From contig JANLIN010000056.1 in assembly GCA_024654345.1 (NCBI GenBank), positions 1-21,118 of the forward strand: 21,118 nucleotides of DNA, in the 5' to 3' direction. Shown here piece after piece: positions 7,138 to 15,338 of the stretch (position 1 is its first letter; every line of letters begins with the position of its first letter). Under the pieces are notes generated by a model. It had not been told where the DNA came from, did not search any database, and saw only the letters and a list, made by a program, of their open reading frames with translations. The DNA is from Candidatus Komeilibacteria bacterium (lineage in GTDB: Bacteria; Patescibacteriota; Patescibacteriia; UBA1558). A program made the position numbers and the translations under genes.

Positions 7138-9003
7138 CTATGTTAAACGTAACAGATTTATTTCTCGACGCGATACCACGTAGAGCCCCTCTCGACCAGG
7201 ATGTAGATAAGACTGAGAGCTGACAAAGGGCTCGGTGTCAGGATACTCCTGCACGATCGCCAGGTTGTGGCCGCTTATACCAATCTTGAATATTCCTTCA
7301 TCGCTAGTCGAAAGTATTTTATCGCCGACCGGACATTTGCCGCGAATAGTACCAAGCCAACTACCATCGTCGGCTTCGGCGCTACCGATAGCGATAACGC
7401 TTCCGGCCGGCCCTATTACTTCGCACCGGTTAACGGTTTTGCCTTGAACGCGGCTACTGGTAAAAAACCAGGCGTTGTCAGCGACAAAAACAGTGGTGGC
7501 GTCGAGTAACTGACCCGTTATAGCGACCATATTTTTTACATCCTTCAATCCTTTCCGCTGATAATCAAACAAAAAGGTACGTCGGATTTCACCGGCCTGA
7601 TAAAATCCCAATCCCTGGTGTGCCCCGCTCCAAAGCAGAGTCTGATTGGATAAGGCCTGTCCCATGAATTCTTGGCCAAATTTTCCCCGGCGTAACAATT
7701 GTCCATTGTTGAGCCAAAACAGCCGGCCTGCACTGCTGTCAAACATCGGGATGTGGCGATAGTGATCCACGGCGTACTTGTTTTCTAGACGTTCCCGGTG
7801 GTATTCATGGATAACTCCGTTTAGACCCACCCAGGTAGTCTCGCCCCAGATCCGAAATCTGGCATTGGCGAAAGTTTCCGGAAAAGGTATTTTCCAACCC
7901 TCTTCTCTAACCAGTTGACCGTTTTCTCGGACCAGCCAGATTAGTCGCTCATTGTCAGTAGTAGCCTGGACAATCTGTCCTTTCGTCTGATAAAGACGAG
8001 TTGCCTTCACGGTACCGCGAATTACCGTTACCTCCCGGATAGCCGCCGGCGCCGCCGTACTACAAGTCGGACAGATGGATCGTGCGTGTTCCTGACCACA
8101 CTGCTGACAGGTAGTAAAACGGGTTAATTGCAGTAGTTTTTCCGGAAAGGGGTTTCTTTTGTCCTGGACAAATGTCTGATAAAAATAATCCAGCAAATCA
8201 TCAGAGAGAACACTGTAGTGAACCGCCGGCTTAGGATACTTTACTTCCGGATGAAAGACGGTAATCCGCTTGAGCGGACGTAGCTGATGGATTATTCGCT
8301 GTTTCTTGTCAGCCGGTCGGTAGATACCCCCATAAGGATCTACATACAGCAGACTATTCATCAGCATGACTGTAAAGGCATACCAATCCGAGGAGCTTGT
8401 AAACGGTTTGTATAGCTCGAGCGATTGGCGACGCGCGTCGGTCAGCAAAGGGTCAAGGAATTTGACAGTAAACATCCGACAAAGATAGCGTCCAAACTGA
8501 TAGCTGTCGGTATCTATCAGATAGGCTTGCTCATCTTTCACCAGAACATTCAAATCGTTAAAATCACCAACCACTACTTTCCTATCGTGCAAAGCCGAAA
8601 CAGCTTGGAGAAGCGAGCTGAATATTGTCAGTAGCGCGTTATTGTCCACTCTCCCCGGCCGGAACTTCTTGTCGCTGAAGCGCAACATTACTTCCGAGTC
8701 GGCAATGAGTGGCATACTGTAACCAACTATAAATCCCTTGCTATCTGACGCCAGTGCCACCGGTGCCACTATATTGGCCGGCAATCCAGCAGGAAAATCT
8801 GACAGTTTTGTTTGATGTTCCTCTAGCCTGTGCCGGGCCCCTTGTTGCTCCAGCGGCAGTCCGCGCAAATCGGGATGATGGGGAGACTTAAAAATTTTAA
8901 GTGCCAGTTTATCGTTTAGTCGATAAATATCGGCTTCTCCGCCCTTGCCAATGGCTTGCGCGGGAGTGATATTTATCGGATTGCCGGCTAAATAGATTTT
9001 CAT
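7138..9003 (-). CDS. Ser/Thr protein kinase-like protein with central zinc ribbon and C-terminal beta-propeller-like repeats
   Basis: 621 aa. It has a glycine-rich loop IGKGGEADIY, a Lys in ALKIFK, a catalytic loop HDRKVVVGDFNDLNVLV and LIDTDS (DFG-like). CQQCGQEHARSICPTC forms a CxxC...CxxC ribbon. Repeated W/G-rich blades follow. A GGAGG RBS lies upstream. The start overlaps the PP2C stop (ATGA). Confidence 0.7.
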   Translation of the reverse strand: MKIYLAGNPINITPAQAIGKGGEADIYRLNDKLALKIFKSPHHPDLRGLPLEQQGARHRLEEHQTKLSDFPAGLPANIVAPVALASDSKGFIVGYSMPLIADSEVMLRFSDKKFRPGRVDNNALLTIFSSLLQAVSALHDRKVVVGDFNDLNVLVKDEQAYLIDTDSYQFGRYLCRMFTVKFLDPLLTDARRQSLELYKPFTSSSDWYAFTVMLMNSLLYVDPYGGIYRPADKKQRIIHQLRPLKRITVFHPEVKYPKPAVHYSVLSDDLLDYFYQTFVQDKRNPFPEKLLQLTRFTTCQQCGQEHARSICPTCSTAAPAAIREVTVIRGTVKATRLYQTKGQIVQATTDNERLIWLVRENGQLVREEGWKIPFPETFANARFRIWGETTWVGLNGVIHEYHRERLENKYAVDHYRHIPMFDSSAGRLFWLNNGQLLRRGKFGQEFMGQALSNQTLLWSGAHQGLGFYQAGEIRRTFLFDYQRKGLKDVKNMVAITGQLLDATTVFVADNAWFFTSSRVQGKTVNRCEVIGPAGSVIAIGSAEADDGSWLGTIRGKCPVGDKILSTSDEGIFKIGISGHNLAIVQEYPDTEPFVSSQSYLHPGREGLYVVSRREINLLRLT

Positions 9004-9824
9004 GTTATTCCCCTCCTTTCCGGACCGACCTTTCGTATGACAACCAGGGTGGTGTCATCAGTTAGGTGGCCATTTTGCACTTCCATCCGGCTCTCCTGCC
9101 AGAGTGGCCGACTAACGTCGCGGTTAACCAACGTAAGCTGACGACGAACACTGTCCGGATTCTTGAAATACCGATCTTCCGTCCAGAAATTCAGCAACGG
9201 ACCGACTTCTCTGTCCTGACCGGGCACGATTTTATTGGCCGCCGCTACATAATCACCAATACCGTCAGTGGCTATCAACAGATGAGAAATGGCCGCCGTT
9301 TTTTCCTGCACCTTCATCTGCCACATAAACCGCTGATCCATGGGTTGAAATAGACCATAAGCGATGTAGGGTGGCTGATTGTCAGAAAATGGTCCGAGGG
9401 CGATATAATTGTCATTGCAGACAATTAAACCGTCACCGATTGCCGCTATGACCAGTCTATCTTCGTGGATTACCGCCGCGATAGCGGTGAATAGACCGTA
9501 GTCCTCGATGAATCTATTGGCGCCGCTAGGGTTGGGTCGTGTCAGCCAATACAACTCACGTAAAACATCCAAGCGCACGGTATCCCAGTACCGCGTGGAG
9601 CTGATATTCAGAGACAAATTTCTTTTCAGGCTGTTGGCTATCAGCTGAGCACCCAACTTGGCGCCAACTTCACTGCCGGGACTACTGCCACAACCGTCTG
9701 TCACAACGGCGATGATACTGTCATTGCCAGGCAAGATGCAGAAGGCGTCTTGATTGTTACGACCAGATTGCCGATGGTGACGTCCGATGACACTACCGCC
9801 GGCTATTTCAAACAAATCTTTCAT
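9000..9824 (-). CDS. PP2C-family Ser/Thr protein phosphatase
   Basis: 274 aa. Motifs are GRHHRQSGRNNQDAF (R-x-x-NQD), VVTDGCGSSPGSEVGAKLG (DGxGG...G) and LIATDGIGD (second metal-binding Asp). An AAGGAG RBS lies upstream. Confidence 0.75.
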   Translation of the reverse strand: MKDLFEIAGGSVIGRHHRQSGRNNQDAFCILPGNDSIIAVVTDGCGSSPGSEVGAKLGAQLIANSLKRNLSLNISSTRYWDTVRLDVLRELYWLTRPNPSGANRFIEDYGLFTAIAAVIHEDRLVIAAIGDGLIVCNDNYIALGPFSDNQPPYIAYGLFQPMDQRFMWQMKVQEKTAAISHLLIATDGIGDYVAAANKIVPGQDREVGPLLNFWTEDRYFKNPDSVRRQLTLVNRDVSRPLWQESRMEVQNGHLTDDTTLVVIRKVGPERRGIT

Positions 9825-9932
9825 GTTTATCTCCTTTTATGTATGTAGTTTTCAAAGATCTGGAACGCCTATCTCTTAGAGAAAGGATTCTACGTCAACC
9901 CGGAGTCTGGCCGAGCTGACGTTGAACTCTTT

Positions 9933-9961
9933 CTTAGTGTTAAATATACACTTACTAATAT
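9933..9961. repeat. Copy A of a ~27-bp direct repeat CTTAGTGTwAAwATATACAC..TA.TA flanking nrtR (palindromic core GTGTTAAATATACAC)
   Basis: It matches 10661-10689 in the same orientation at about 24 of 27 positions. It lies between the nrtR stop and the PP2C-kinase operon start. Confidence 0.5.
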
Positions 9962-9981
9962 GTAAAAAATTTTCTGTTTTT

Positions 9982-10659
9982 TTACAAAATATTAACCACT
10001 GCCAGAGATCGACTGGTAAATTCAAATAATGCCGCCGGCCGATTGGCCTCACCCCTTCTCTTCTTGCCGGTGGTCTTCACCAATCCTAACGACCCGACTT
10101 TTTTGCGAAAATTTCGCTTGTCGATCTCCTGATCCAAAATTATCTCGTATACTTTCTGTAATTCCGACAAAGTAAACTGCCGGGGTAACAAACTGTAAAC
10201 TATGTTGGTATAGCCGAGCTTGGAGCGCAGTCTCTTTACACCCGTCTTTAATATTTCCGCATGATCGTAAGCCAGCGCAGGTAGCTTGGCCACCGGCCAC
10301 CAACGCACGTCCGCGTATTCGGCGGTAGTCTTTAACATCAAACTTTTATCATACGGTAATAATGCGTAGTAGGCGACGGACAATACTCGACCGTAGGGAT
10401 CTCTTTTTTCCCCGCCAAAAGCATATAGCTGTTCCAAGAAAATATCAGACACGCCGGTCTTGGCCTGAAGGTGGCGACGCGCGGCTTTCTCGACTGATTC
10501 GCTGATTTTAACCATGCCGCCCGGCAAAGCCCATTTTCCTTGATAAGGCTTCTTTTTCATCTTTATCAACAGAACGTTGAGCGCCTCGCCTCGCAGGCTG
10601 AAAATAACCACATCCGTGGCGGCGGCGACAAATTTGAATTTTTGATAAGGTTTACTCAT
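9982..10659 (-). CDS. nrtR: NrtR-family Nudix-related transcriptional regulator of NAD metabolism
   Basis: 225 aa. The N-terminal Nudix fold has GKWALPGGMVKISESVEKAARRHLQAKTG. The C-terminal winged-helix region has FTLSELQKVYEIILDQEIDKRNFRKKV, typical of NrtR. It is located inside an NAD salvage cluster. Confidence 0.65.
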   Translation of the reverse strand: MSKPYQKFKFVAAATDVVIFSLRGEALNVLLIKMKKKPYQGKWALPGGMVKISESVEKAARRHLQAKTGVSDIFLEQLYAFGGEKRDPYGRVLSVAYYALLPYDKSLMLKTTAEYADVRWWPVAKLPALAYDHAEILKTGVKRLRSKLGYTNIVYSLLPRQFTLSELQKVYEIILDQEIDKRNFRKKVGSLGLVKTTGKKRRGEANRPAALFEFTSRSLAVVNIL

Positions 10660-10660
10660 A

Positions 10661-10689
10661 CTTAGTGTAATATATACACATAGTATTTC
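10661..10689. repeat. Copy B of the nrtR-flanking direct repeat (palindromic core GTGTAATATATACAC), 6 nt upstream of the nrtR start codon
   Basis: Same motif as 9933-9961. The 15-bp core is palindromic (GTGTA-ATATA-TACAC). It sits where the nrtR SD would be; nrtR has no obvious SD. Confidence 0.5.
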
Positions 10690-10769
10690 AAGTAGCGACT
10701 TTAGTCAATAGTCTCCTGTGGATAAGTAGACTACCCGTACTACCTAACCAGCATCCAACCCCAGCCCAG

Positions 10770-11285
10770 GTGACCATCGATAAACAGTTCGATCCATATG
10801 AGGGTTATGTTTCTTACTATTCCTATAAAAGACGTCACCTAATTAATTGCGACGGAAAATTATATTTCATTGCTCTCGGTCGCCCAAAGGTATCAAGTCA
10901 GAAAAATAAAAACGAAGTCGCTGATAAGCTTCACCACATTCTGGCTATACAAATTTCCCTCACCCCGGAGCAGTGGACAGGGAAGAATATAAGAGAAAAA
11001 TTAAGTGAAATTCGTCTCACCACAGCACAGAGCTATTTGACAAACATCAGCCAGCGACTAGAAAAGATGTTTGTGTTTGCCATGCGAGACGAAATTGACA
11101 GTTTTGAATCACTGGTCCAGCTGATGGGCGAAAGAGGGTATGTCATGCAACGCGGTGACTCAACAGACCTCTTGATTATTCTACTAAAAAATGAGGTGGC
11201 TTATGAGCTACGTACAAAGTCGGATAATTATTCTCCCGAAAAATTAAAACAACTTGCCATATCTCGGACTCTTGACGCTTTTTAA
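10770..11285 (+). CDS. Hypothetical protein (171 aa), divergent from nrtR; start uncertain (GTG)
   Basis: Long ORF ending directly at a strong rho-independent terminator. No recognisable motifs. No ATG near the 5' end, so the start codon is uncertain. Confidence 0.4.
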   Translation: MTIDKQFDPYEGYVSYYSYKRRHLINCDGKLYFIALGRPKVSSQKNKNEVADKLHHILAIQISLTPEQWTGKNIREKLSEIRLTTAQSYLTNISQRLEKMFVFAMRDEIDSFESLVQLMGERGYVMQRGDSTDLLIILLKNEVAYELRTKSDNYSPEKLKQLAISRTLDAF

Positions 11286-11309
11286 AGCCTCCAAAAAACG
11301 TCTACTCAG

Positions 11310-11339
11310 CCCCGTTCACAATGGACGGGGTTTTATTTT
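11310..11339 (+). terminator. Rho-independent terminator (CCCCGT-loop-ACGGGG followed by TTTTATTTT)
   Basis: GC stem plus T-run immediately after the 10770..11285 ORF. Confidence 0.7.
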
Positions 11340-11343
11340 GCCA

Positions 11344-11372
11344 TTGACATTTTTCCCGAGATATGATAATTT
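11344..11372 (+). promoter_or_regulatory. Sigma70-like promoter TTGACA-17-TAATTT for the secreted-protein gene
   Basis: Perfect -35 and 17-nt spacer, about 45 bp upstream of the AGGAGG RBS and TTG start. Confidence 0.55.
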
Positions 11373-11416
11373 GATTCATCAAGTAAAATGCTTGAATTAA
11401 AAAATCAGGAGGTTCT

Positions 11417-11995
11417 TTGAAAAAACTATTATTTACTCTCGCACTAGCTCTTGCTCTGGCTGTATCTGCTCCTCTTTTCGGACAGATGCAGAATACACCA
11501 GCACAGCTATTAACCTCATTTGGAGGTGAAAAATCCAATATGATTGGCAATCTGGGGCTAAGAGGATCGGTGACTATATTTGCCGTCCCAAACGACAATT
11601 TATCTCAGTATTTCGCCTACACCGGCCCCGTTTTCACCACAGAAGATGGTTGGTGGGTTTCACCACAGATCGGCTTGGTAACCAATTGGTTCGCCAAAGA
11701 CGGTTTCATCCTTGCTTTGTGGGCGGAAAAATCCATGGGTGAGTGGAAAGTTTTCACTGAGTCTGAATTGTACAAATTCGGCAACGAACACGATTTCTAT
11801 GGATATTATTACGTCGATTATGCTCCTAATGGCAGTCTCATCGGCGCACAAATTGAGTTCGTCAATTCAGACTTCGTAGTCGGTCCGCACTACGGCTTCA
11901 CCACCGGCGTCTGGACAGGCAAATTGGAACTATACTTTGGCTTCCAGCAGGAAAGTTGGAATGTCAGAGTTGTGAACTCATTTAATTTTCAATAA
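11417..11995 (+). CDS. Secreted beta-rich protein with N-terminal signal peptide (possible small outer-membrane beta-barrel/lipocalin-like protein)
   Basis: TTG start with AGGAGG RBS. MKKLLFTLALALALAVSAPLFGQ is a signal peptide. Alternating aromatic/hydrophilic strands end ...VVNSFNFQ. A terminator hairpin follows at 11998-12027. Confidence 0.65.
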   Translation: MKKLLFTLALALALAVSAPLFGQMQNTPAQLLTSFGGEKSNMIGNLGLRGSVTIFAVPNDNLSQYFAYTGPVFTTEDGWWVSPQIGLVTNWFAKDGFILALWAEKSMGEWKVFTESELYKFGNEHDFYGYYYVDYAPNGSLIGAQIEFVNSDFVVGPHYGFTTGVWTGKLELYFGFQQESWNVRVVNSFNFQ

Positions 11996-11997
11996 AT

Positions 11998-12027
11998 AAA
12001 GAGCTGTTTTTAAAAAACAGCTCTTCT
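11998..12027. terminator. Bidirectional rho-independent terminator (AAAGAGCTGTTTT/AAAACAGCTCTTT palindrome flanked by A- and T-runs)
   Basis: Perfect 13-bp inverted repeat with T-runs on both sides. It sits between the convergent genes 11417..11995 (+) and 12031..12861 (-). Confidence 0.7.
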
Positions 12028-12030
12028 TTT

Positions 12031-12861
12031 TTATTTATTATAACTTCCTCCTACGCTCATCACAGGTGAGGTATAAGAGATTTCTCCATATCTGGTGGAA
12101 AATAGTTTTTTTACTTTAAGCAAATGAAACAAATTGCCAATGACATTGCCCCGAAGCATACAACGCCGTTCACGACCTATCCCTCTTTCTTCTATCGCTA
12201 AGTCTTTAACACTTGCGTAACTGATGTGATAAAAAATTGTTTCTAAATTTACTTTTTCATTCTGTGCATCCTCTTCTGACTTACATTGAATTTCAAAAGT
12301 AAACAGTCCTTTTTTATTGGCAATCCGAGACTCAGCATTGATTGGCAATTCTTTTTTCTTAGCAAATACCGCCCCCAATCCATAGGCACCCAAAGTAAGC
12401 AAGGAGTATGGTATAAACTCCGATAGTGATGAAGCTTGATCAAATTGAGGGGAAAGAGAGATAGCTAAGACAAGAAAACTCACCAAAAGTGTGACACCAT
12501 TATTCAATTTAGTTGCCATTCTCCCAGCCGCAAACGCCAGTATCAAGTAGGGCCAATCAATTGCCACAACAAGAGGCGTCTGCGCAAATAATTGCTGATA
12601 GATCGGCGAGGATGAAACTACTAATGAATCACTCACTGCGGTTGAATCAACTGCGCTAACAGCCTCCGTCGTTCCGGCAACCAATCTTTCGCCATTTTCA
12701 TAAACATACACAATAATATCTGCCGCTACATCTAATATAATCCCCAAAAATACACTCTTTAACAAAACCCAAACGCTAACCAAGATCACTGAAAAAGAGG
12801 TATATCTTAAGCTGTAAACAGTTGCCAAACACCAGAGCCAGAAAATTTTTAGTCTATCCAT
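12031..12861 (-). CDS. Integral membrane protein (N-terminal multi-TM region plus C-terminal soluble domain), partner of the poly-zinc-ribbon protein
   Basis: 277 aa from MDRLKIF, with an AGGAGG RBS; the upstream gene's TAA lies between the RBS and ATG. I prefer this start to the track's 12975 start. Several hydrophobic helices are present. Confidence 0.6.
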   Translation of the reverse strand: MDRLKIFWLWCLATVYSLRYTSFSVILVSVWVLLKSVFLGIILDVAADIIVYVYENGERLVAGTTEAVSAVDSTAVSDSLVVSSSPIYQQLFAQTPLVVAIDWPYLILAFAAGRMATKLNNGVTLLVSFLVLAISLSPQFDQASSLSEFIPYSLLTLGAYGLGAVFAKKKELPINAESRIANKKGLFTFEIQCKSEEDAQNEKVNLETIFYHISYASVKDLAIEERGIGRERRCMLRGNVIGNLFHLLKVKKLFSTRYGEISYTSPVMSVGGSYNK

Positions 12862-12862
12862 T

Positions 12863-14200
12863 TTAATCCTCCTTATAATGTCCCACCTTACAGTGCGGGC
12901 ACAGTGTATATTCGATATCGCTCTCACACCAAGGACAGCTGTTTGTATCCTTATCAATAATAATAAGCTTGCCACAATCTTCGTTTGGACAAGGAGCTTT
13001 TAGCAACCCCGCTTCACAATGAGGACAGTCAGTCGCATCTGCCCAAATTAAACCGTCACAAACCGGACAACTTACTTCAACTAATGCTTTAGAACAAGTT
13101 GGACATTTTGTCTCATATGTCAAGTCTTCCTCCAAATAATGGTCGCTCCGCTTGCACAGATACAGATCTGCATTACATTCCGGACATTCCTTGTCACCAT
13201 CTATAATGACCGAATCACCACAAGAAGGGCATGGTGTTCTCTTCACCTCCGTGCCGCACTTGGAACATTTTTCCTCATCCTCATACATATCCTCGTCACA
13301 CTTTGGACAACTGTCTGGGTTGAGACTCTTAAGACAATTGGGACACGTTCCGCCATCTTCAGGATCTTGAGTTATATATTTTTTACATCGAGGACATACG
13401 TACAACGCAGAACCACACGCCGGACAGTCCTTATCTCCGTTAATAAATATATTACTAGTGCATTCCGGACATTTAGTTAGCTCCAGTTTTGTGTTGCAAT
13501 GACCACATTGACTCGAATCGGCATAAATACTAGTGCAGCAATTTGGACAAGAATCATATCTATATGTTCTTTGACAAGAAACGCACTCATCCAGTATATC
13601 CGGATTAACCGCGATAAATTCGTGACATCGCGGACAATTATACACGTCGCTGAGACAACTACCACACCGCATTTCGTTTATATCTTCTGGCGATAACATC
13701 TTTTCACAAGCAGGACATTCTTTTCTCCTATTCTCTGGCACAAAAACATCTCCTGGAATTACAGGTTCAGAATCATCATCGTAAACCCCATGGTTTCCTT
13801 GTAACTCATATTCATGCTCTTTCGATTCTCCGACATCTGGCGCAGCCCAAGGCATCTTCCACACTTCATCACTACCACTGACATATATCACGCTGTCAAA
13901 TCTTATATCCGGAAATTGCGTCGCCAGGCTATATAGCATCTGCTTTTTTTGATCATAGCCCCAGTGCTTTTCAAATTTGAAATCCGCACGTAGTTTTCCT
14001 AGCTGTTTCGAGAAAACAAAGAGTGACTTGTCCGGAAGCTCTATCACTACCTTAGAAACACCACCCAGAACCACTTTCTCCAAACGGCCTTCCATATCTT
14101 CCAATGGGTCTGACTGTGCCACTTCAGGCAAAGCGCCCTTAATAAAGTAACTTAGGATAGAGGTCACTAATCCAGGTATTGATGCTAGTACTTCTTTCAT
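12863..14200 (-). CDS. Poly-zinc-ribbon protein: ~140-aa Cys-free N-terminal domain followed by ~10 tandem CxxC-x(7-14)-CxxC zinc-ribbon modules
   Basis: 445 aa with repeated CPxC...CxxC units (CPACEK..CGSC, CPRC..CVSC, CPNC..CGHC, CPEC..CPAC, CPRC..CPNC, CPKC..CSKC, CPSC..CPEC, CPTC..CPVC, CPHC..CPNEDC, CPWC..CPHC). A GAGGT RBS lies upstream. A TTGACA-17-TAGATT promoter lies on the minus strand at about 14248-14276. Confidence 0.7.
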   Translation of the reverse strand: MKEVLASIPGLVTSILSYFIKGALPEVAQSDPLEDMEGRLEKVVLGGVSKVVIELPDKSLFVFSKQLGKLRADFKFEKHWGYDQKKQMLYSLATQFPDIRFDSVIYVSGSDEVWKMPWAAPDVGESKEHEYELQGNHGVYDDDSEPVIPGDVFVPENRRKECPACEKMLSPEDINEMRCGSCLSDVYNCPRCHEFIAVNPDILDECVSCQRTYRYDSCPNCCTSIYADSSQCGHCNTKLELTKCPECTSNIFINGDKDCPACGSALYVCPRCKKYITQDPEDGGTCPNCLKSLNPDSCPKCDEDMYEDEEKCSKCGTEVKRTPCPSCGDSVIIDGDKECPECNADLYLCKRSDHYLEEDLTYETKCPTCSKALVEVSCPVCDGLIWADATDCPHCEAGLLKAPCPNEDCGKLIIIDKDTNSCPWCESDIEYTLCPHCKVGHYKED

Positions 14201-14247
14201 TTTTACCTCATTTCTATATTGTTTTTAAATAGCCGTATTAATAGCCA

Positions 14248-14333
14248 AATCTATCCTAAAATTCTCCGCGTGTCAATAGAGAGTGAAAGTTATCCCCAGC
14301 AAACCATTGACAAAACTCAATTTATGTTATAGA
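14248..14333. promoter_or_regulatory. Divergent promoter region: minus-strand TTGACA-17-TAGATT (for the ZnR operon) and plus-strand TTGACA-15-TGtTATAGA extended -10 (for 14375..)
   Basis: The minus-strand -35 is the complement of 14271-14276 and the -10 the complement of 14248-14253. The plus-strand -35 is at 14307-14312, with TG at 14325-14326 and TATAGA at 14328-14333. Confidence 0.5.
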
Positions 14334-14374
14334 ATTCAGAATTGAATATTTATACATTAAAAAAGGAATAAAAA

Positions 14375-14875
14375 ATGGATTTTTCATTAGTCCCACTCTA
14401 TTTCATCCTCTTTGCAGTAATTGCTTTACCAATATTTATCCAAGTTAAAAAGCGCTTACTCATGGGTGACAGCTCGAACCATCAAAAAAAAGGTCTAGAG
14501 CACTCTGAATCCACTACTGGTGAGTCCAGAGCTCTATTACTCAATAAAAGGTTCAGCGAATTACTAAATGCGAAAGCTGACCCCATAGCAACGAAAGGCT
14601 TTAGGGATAGTACGATCAATTTGATAGATGGTAAGATTGTCAAGTGGAGTGATCTTGATTTCTCTGAGGAAATTTTAAATGACTTAGTAAGATTATCGCA
14701 AGTTCAGTGGTGCAAAGATATAATAAAAAAGATCCAATGCGATGAGGATTATTCTTCCGCTGATTACCCCAATTTCATTGAGTTAATTGATCTTCATGTT
14801 AGTAACGGAACTACCACCTGGCAAGAGCTTGGTATAAGCAAAGAGGAATTGAACCGGGTGTTGAATGAAAATTAA
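14375..14875 (+). CDS. Hypothetical protein with N-terminal transmembrane helix (166 aa)
   Basis: AAGGAA RBS; hydrophobic N-terminus LVPLYFILFAVIALPIFI. AT-rich. First gene of a two-gene unit upstream of pspA. Confidence 0.5.
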   Translation: MDFSLVPLYFILFAVIALPIFIQVKKRLLMGDSSNHQKKGLEHSESTTGESRALLLNKRFSELLNAKADPIATKGFRDSTINLIDGKIVKWSDLDFSEEILNDLVRLSQVQWCKDIIKKIQCDEDYSSADYPNFIELIDLHVSNGTTTWQELGISKEELNRVLNEN

Positions 14876-15200
14876 AGTAAATCACAATTCCGCACCGGAG
14901 AAGATCGCTGAAAAAATTCCGAGCGGAATCATGAAAATCATAGATAATGTGGGCAATACAGAAGTCACAGTTAGTGACATTCTATACGATTTAAAAGGCA
15001 CTCGCCTCAATTTTTCCTTCAAAGCTAGCTATGATGAACACTGTGTGTCAGTCAAAGGTAAGATGGATATTCTAAGAAATTGCGTTATCATGAATATAAA
15101 CTTACCAATGGTAGCACTTTTGTTCGTTAAAAGTGATGAAATCAAAAAAGTCATCACGAAAAAGCTAATTGAATTCATTCAAAACGAAGAAGCGGTTTAA
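14865..15200 (+). CDS. Hypothetical small protein (111 aa), start overlaps the previous stop
   Basis: The ATG overlaps the stop of 14375..14875, indicating translational coupling. A terminator follows. Confidence 0.45.
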   Translation: MKIKVNHNSAPEKIAEKIPSGIMKIIDNVGNTEVTVSDILYDLKGTRLNFSFKASYDEHCVSVKGKMDILRNCVIMNINLPMVALLFVKSDEIKKVITKKLIEFIQNEEAV

Positions 15201-15218
15201 AAATCGCTTCTTTTTTTC
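15189..15218 (+). terminator. Rho-independent terminator GAAGCG-loop-CGCTTC followed by TTTTTTT
   Basis: The stem overlaps the stop codon region of 14865..15200. A 7-T run follows. Confidence 0.6.
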
Positions 15219-15227
15219 AAATCCTTA

Positions 15228-15256
15228 TTGACATTAGCCTATATGTGTGCTAAGAT
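15228..15256 (+). promoter_or_regulatory. Sigma70-like promoter TTGACA-17-TAAGAT upstream of pspA
   Basis: Perfect -35 with 17-nt spacer, about 80 bp upstream of the pspA ATG. The same TTGACA-17-TAAGAT architecture occurs at 20040-20068 on the minus strand. Confidence 0.55.
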
Positions 15257-15338
15257 TGCTTATTAAATTATGATCGGACTTTAAAAAAAATAAACACCTA
15301 ATATTAGGCAAATTCATCAACAGTAACAGGAGGTTACA

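Noticed and set aside
9825-9981. 157-bp gap examined for tRNA/sRNA
   Set aside because: No cloverleaf-compatible structure. It contains the repeat copy A and an A/T-only hairpin (TGTAAAAAA...TTTTTTACA) that is more likely the weak nrtR terminator.
10049-10303. 84-aa minus-strand ORF inside nrtR in another frame
   Set aside because: It is nested in a well-supported regulator gene and has no RBS.
12031-12975. Upstream-extended start (12975) for the membrane protein ORF
   Set aside because: It would overlap the ZnR gene's 3' end by 113 nt in another frame. The ATG at 12861 has an AGGAGG RBS.
13139-13696. Plus- and minus-strand small ORFs within the poly-ZnR gene
   Set aside because: They are shadow ORFs. 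The ZnR reading frame is validated by about ten regularly spaced CxxC pairs.
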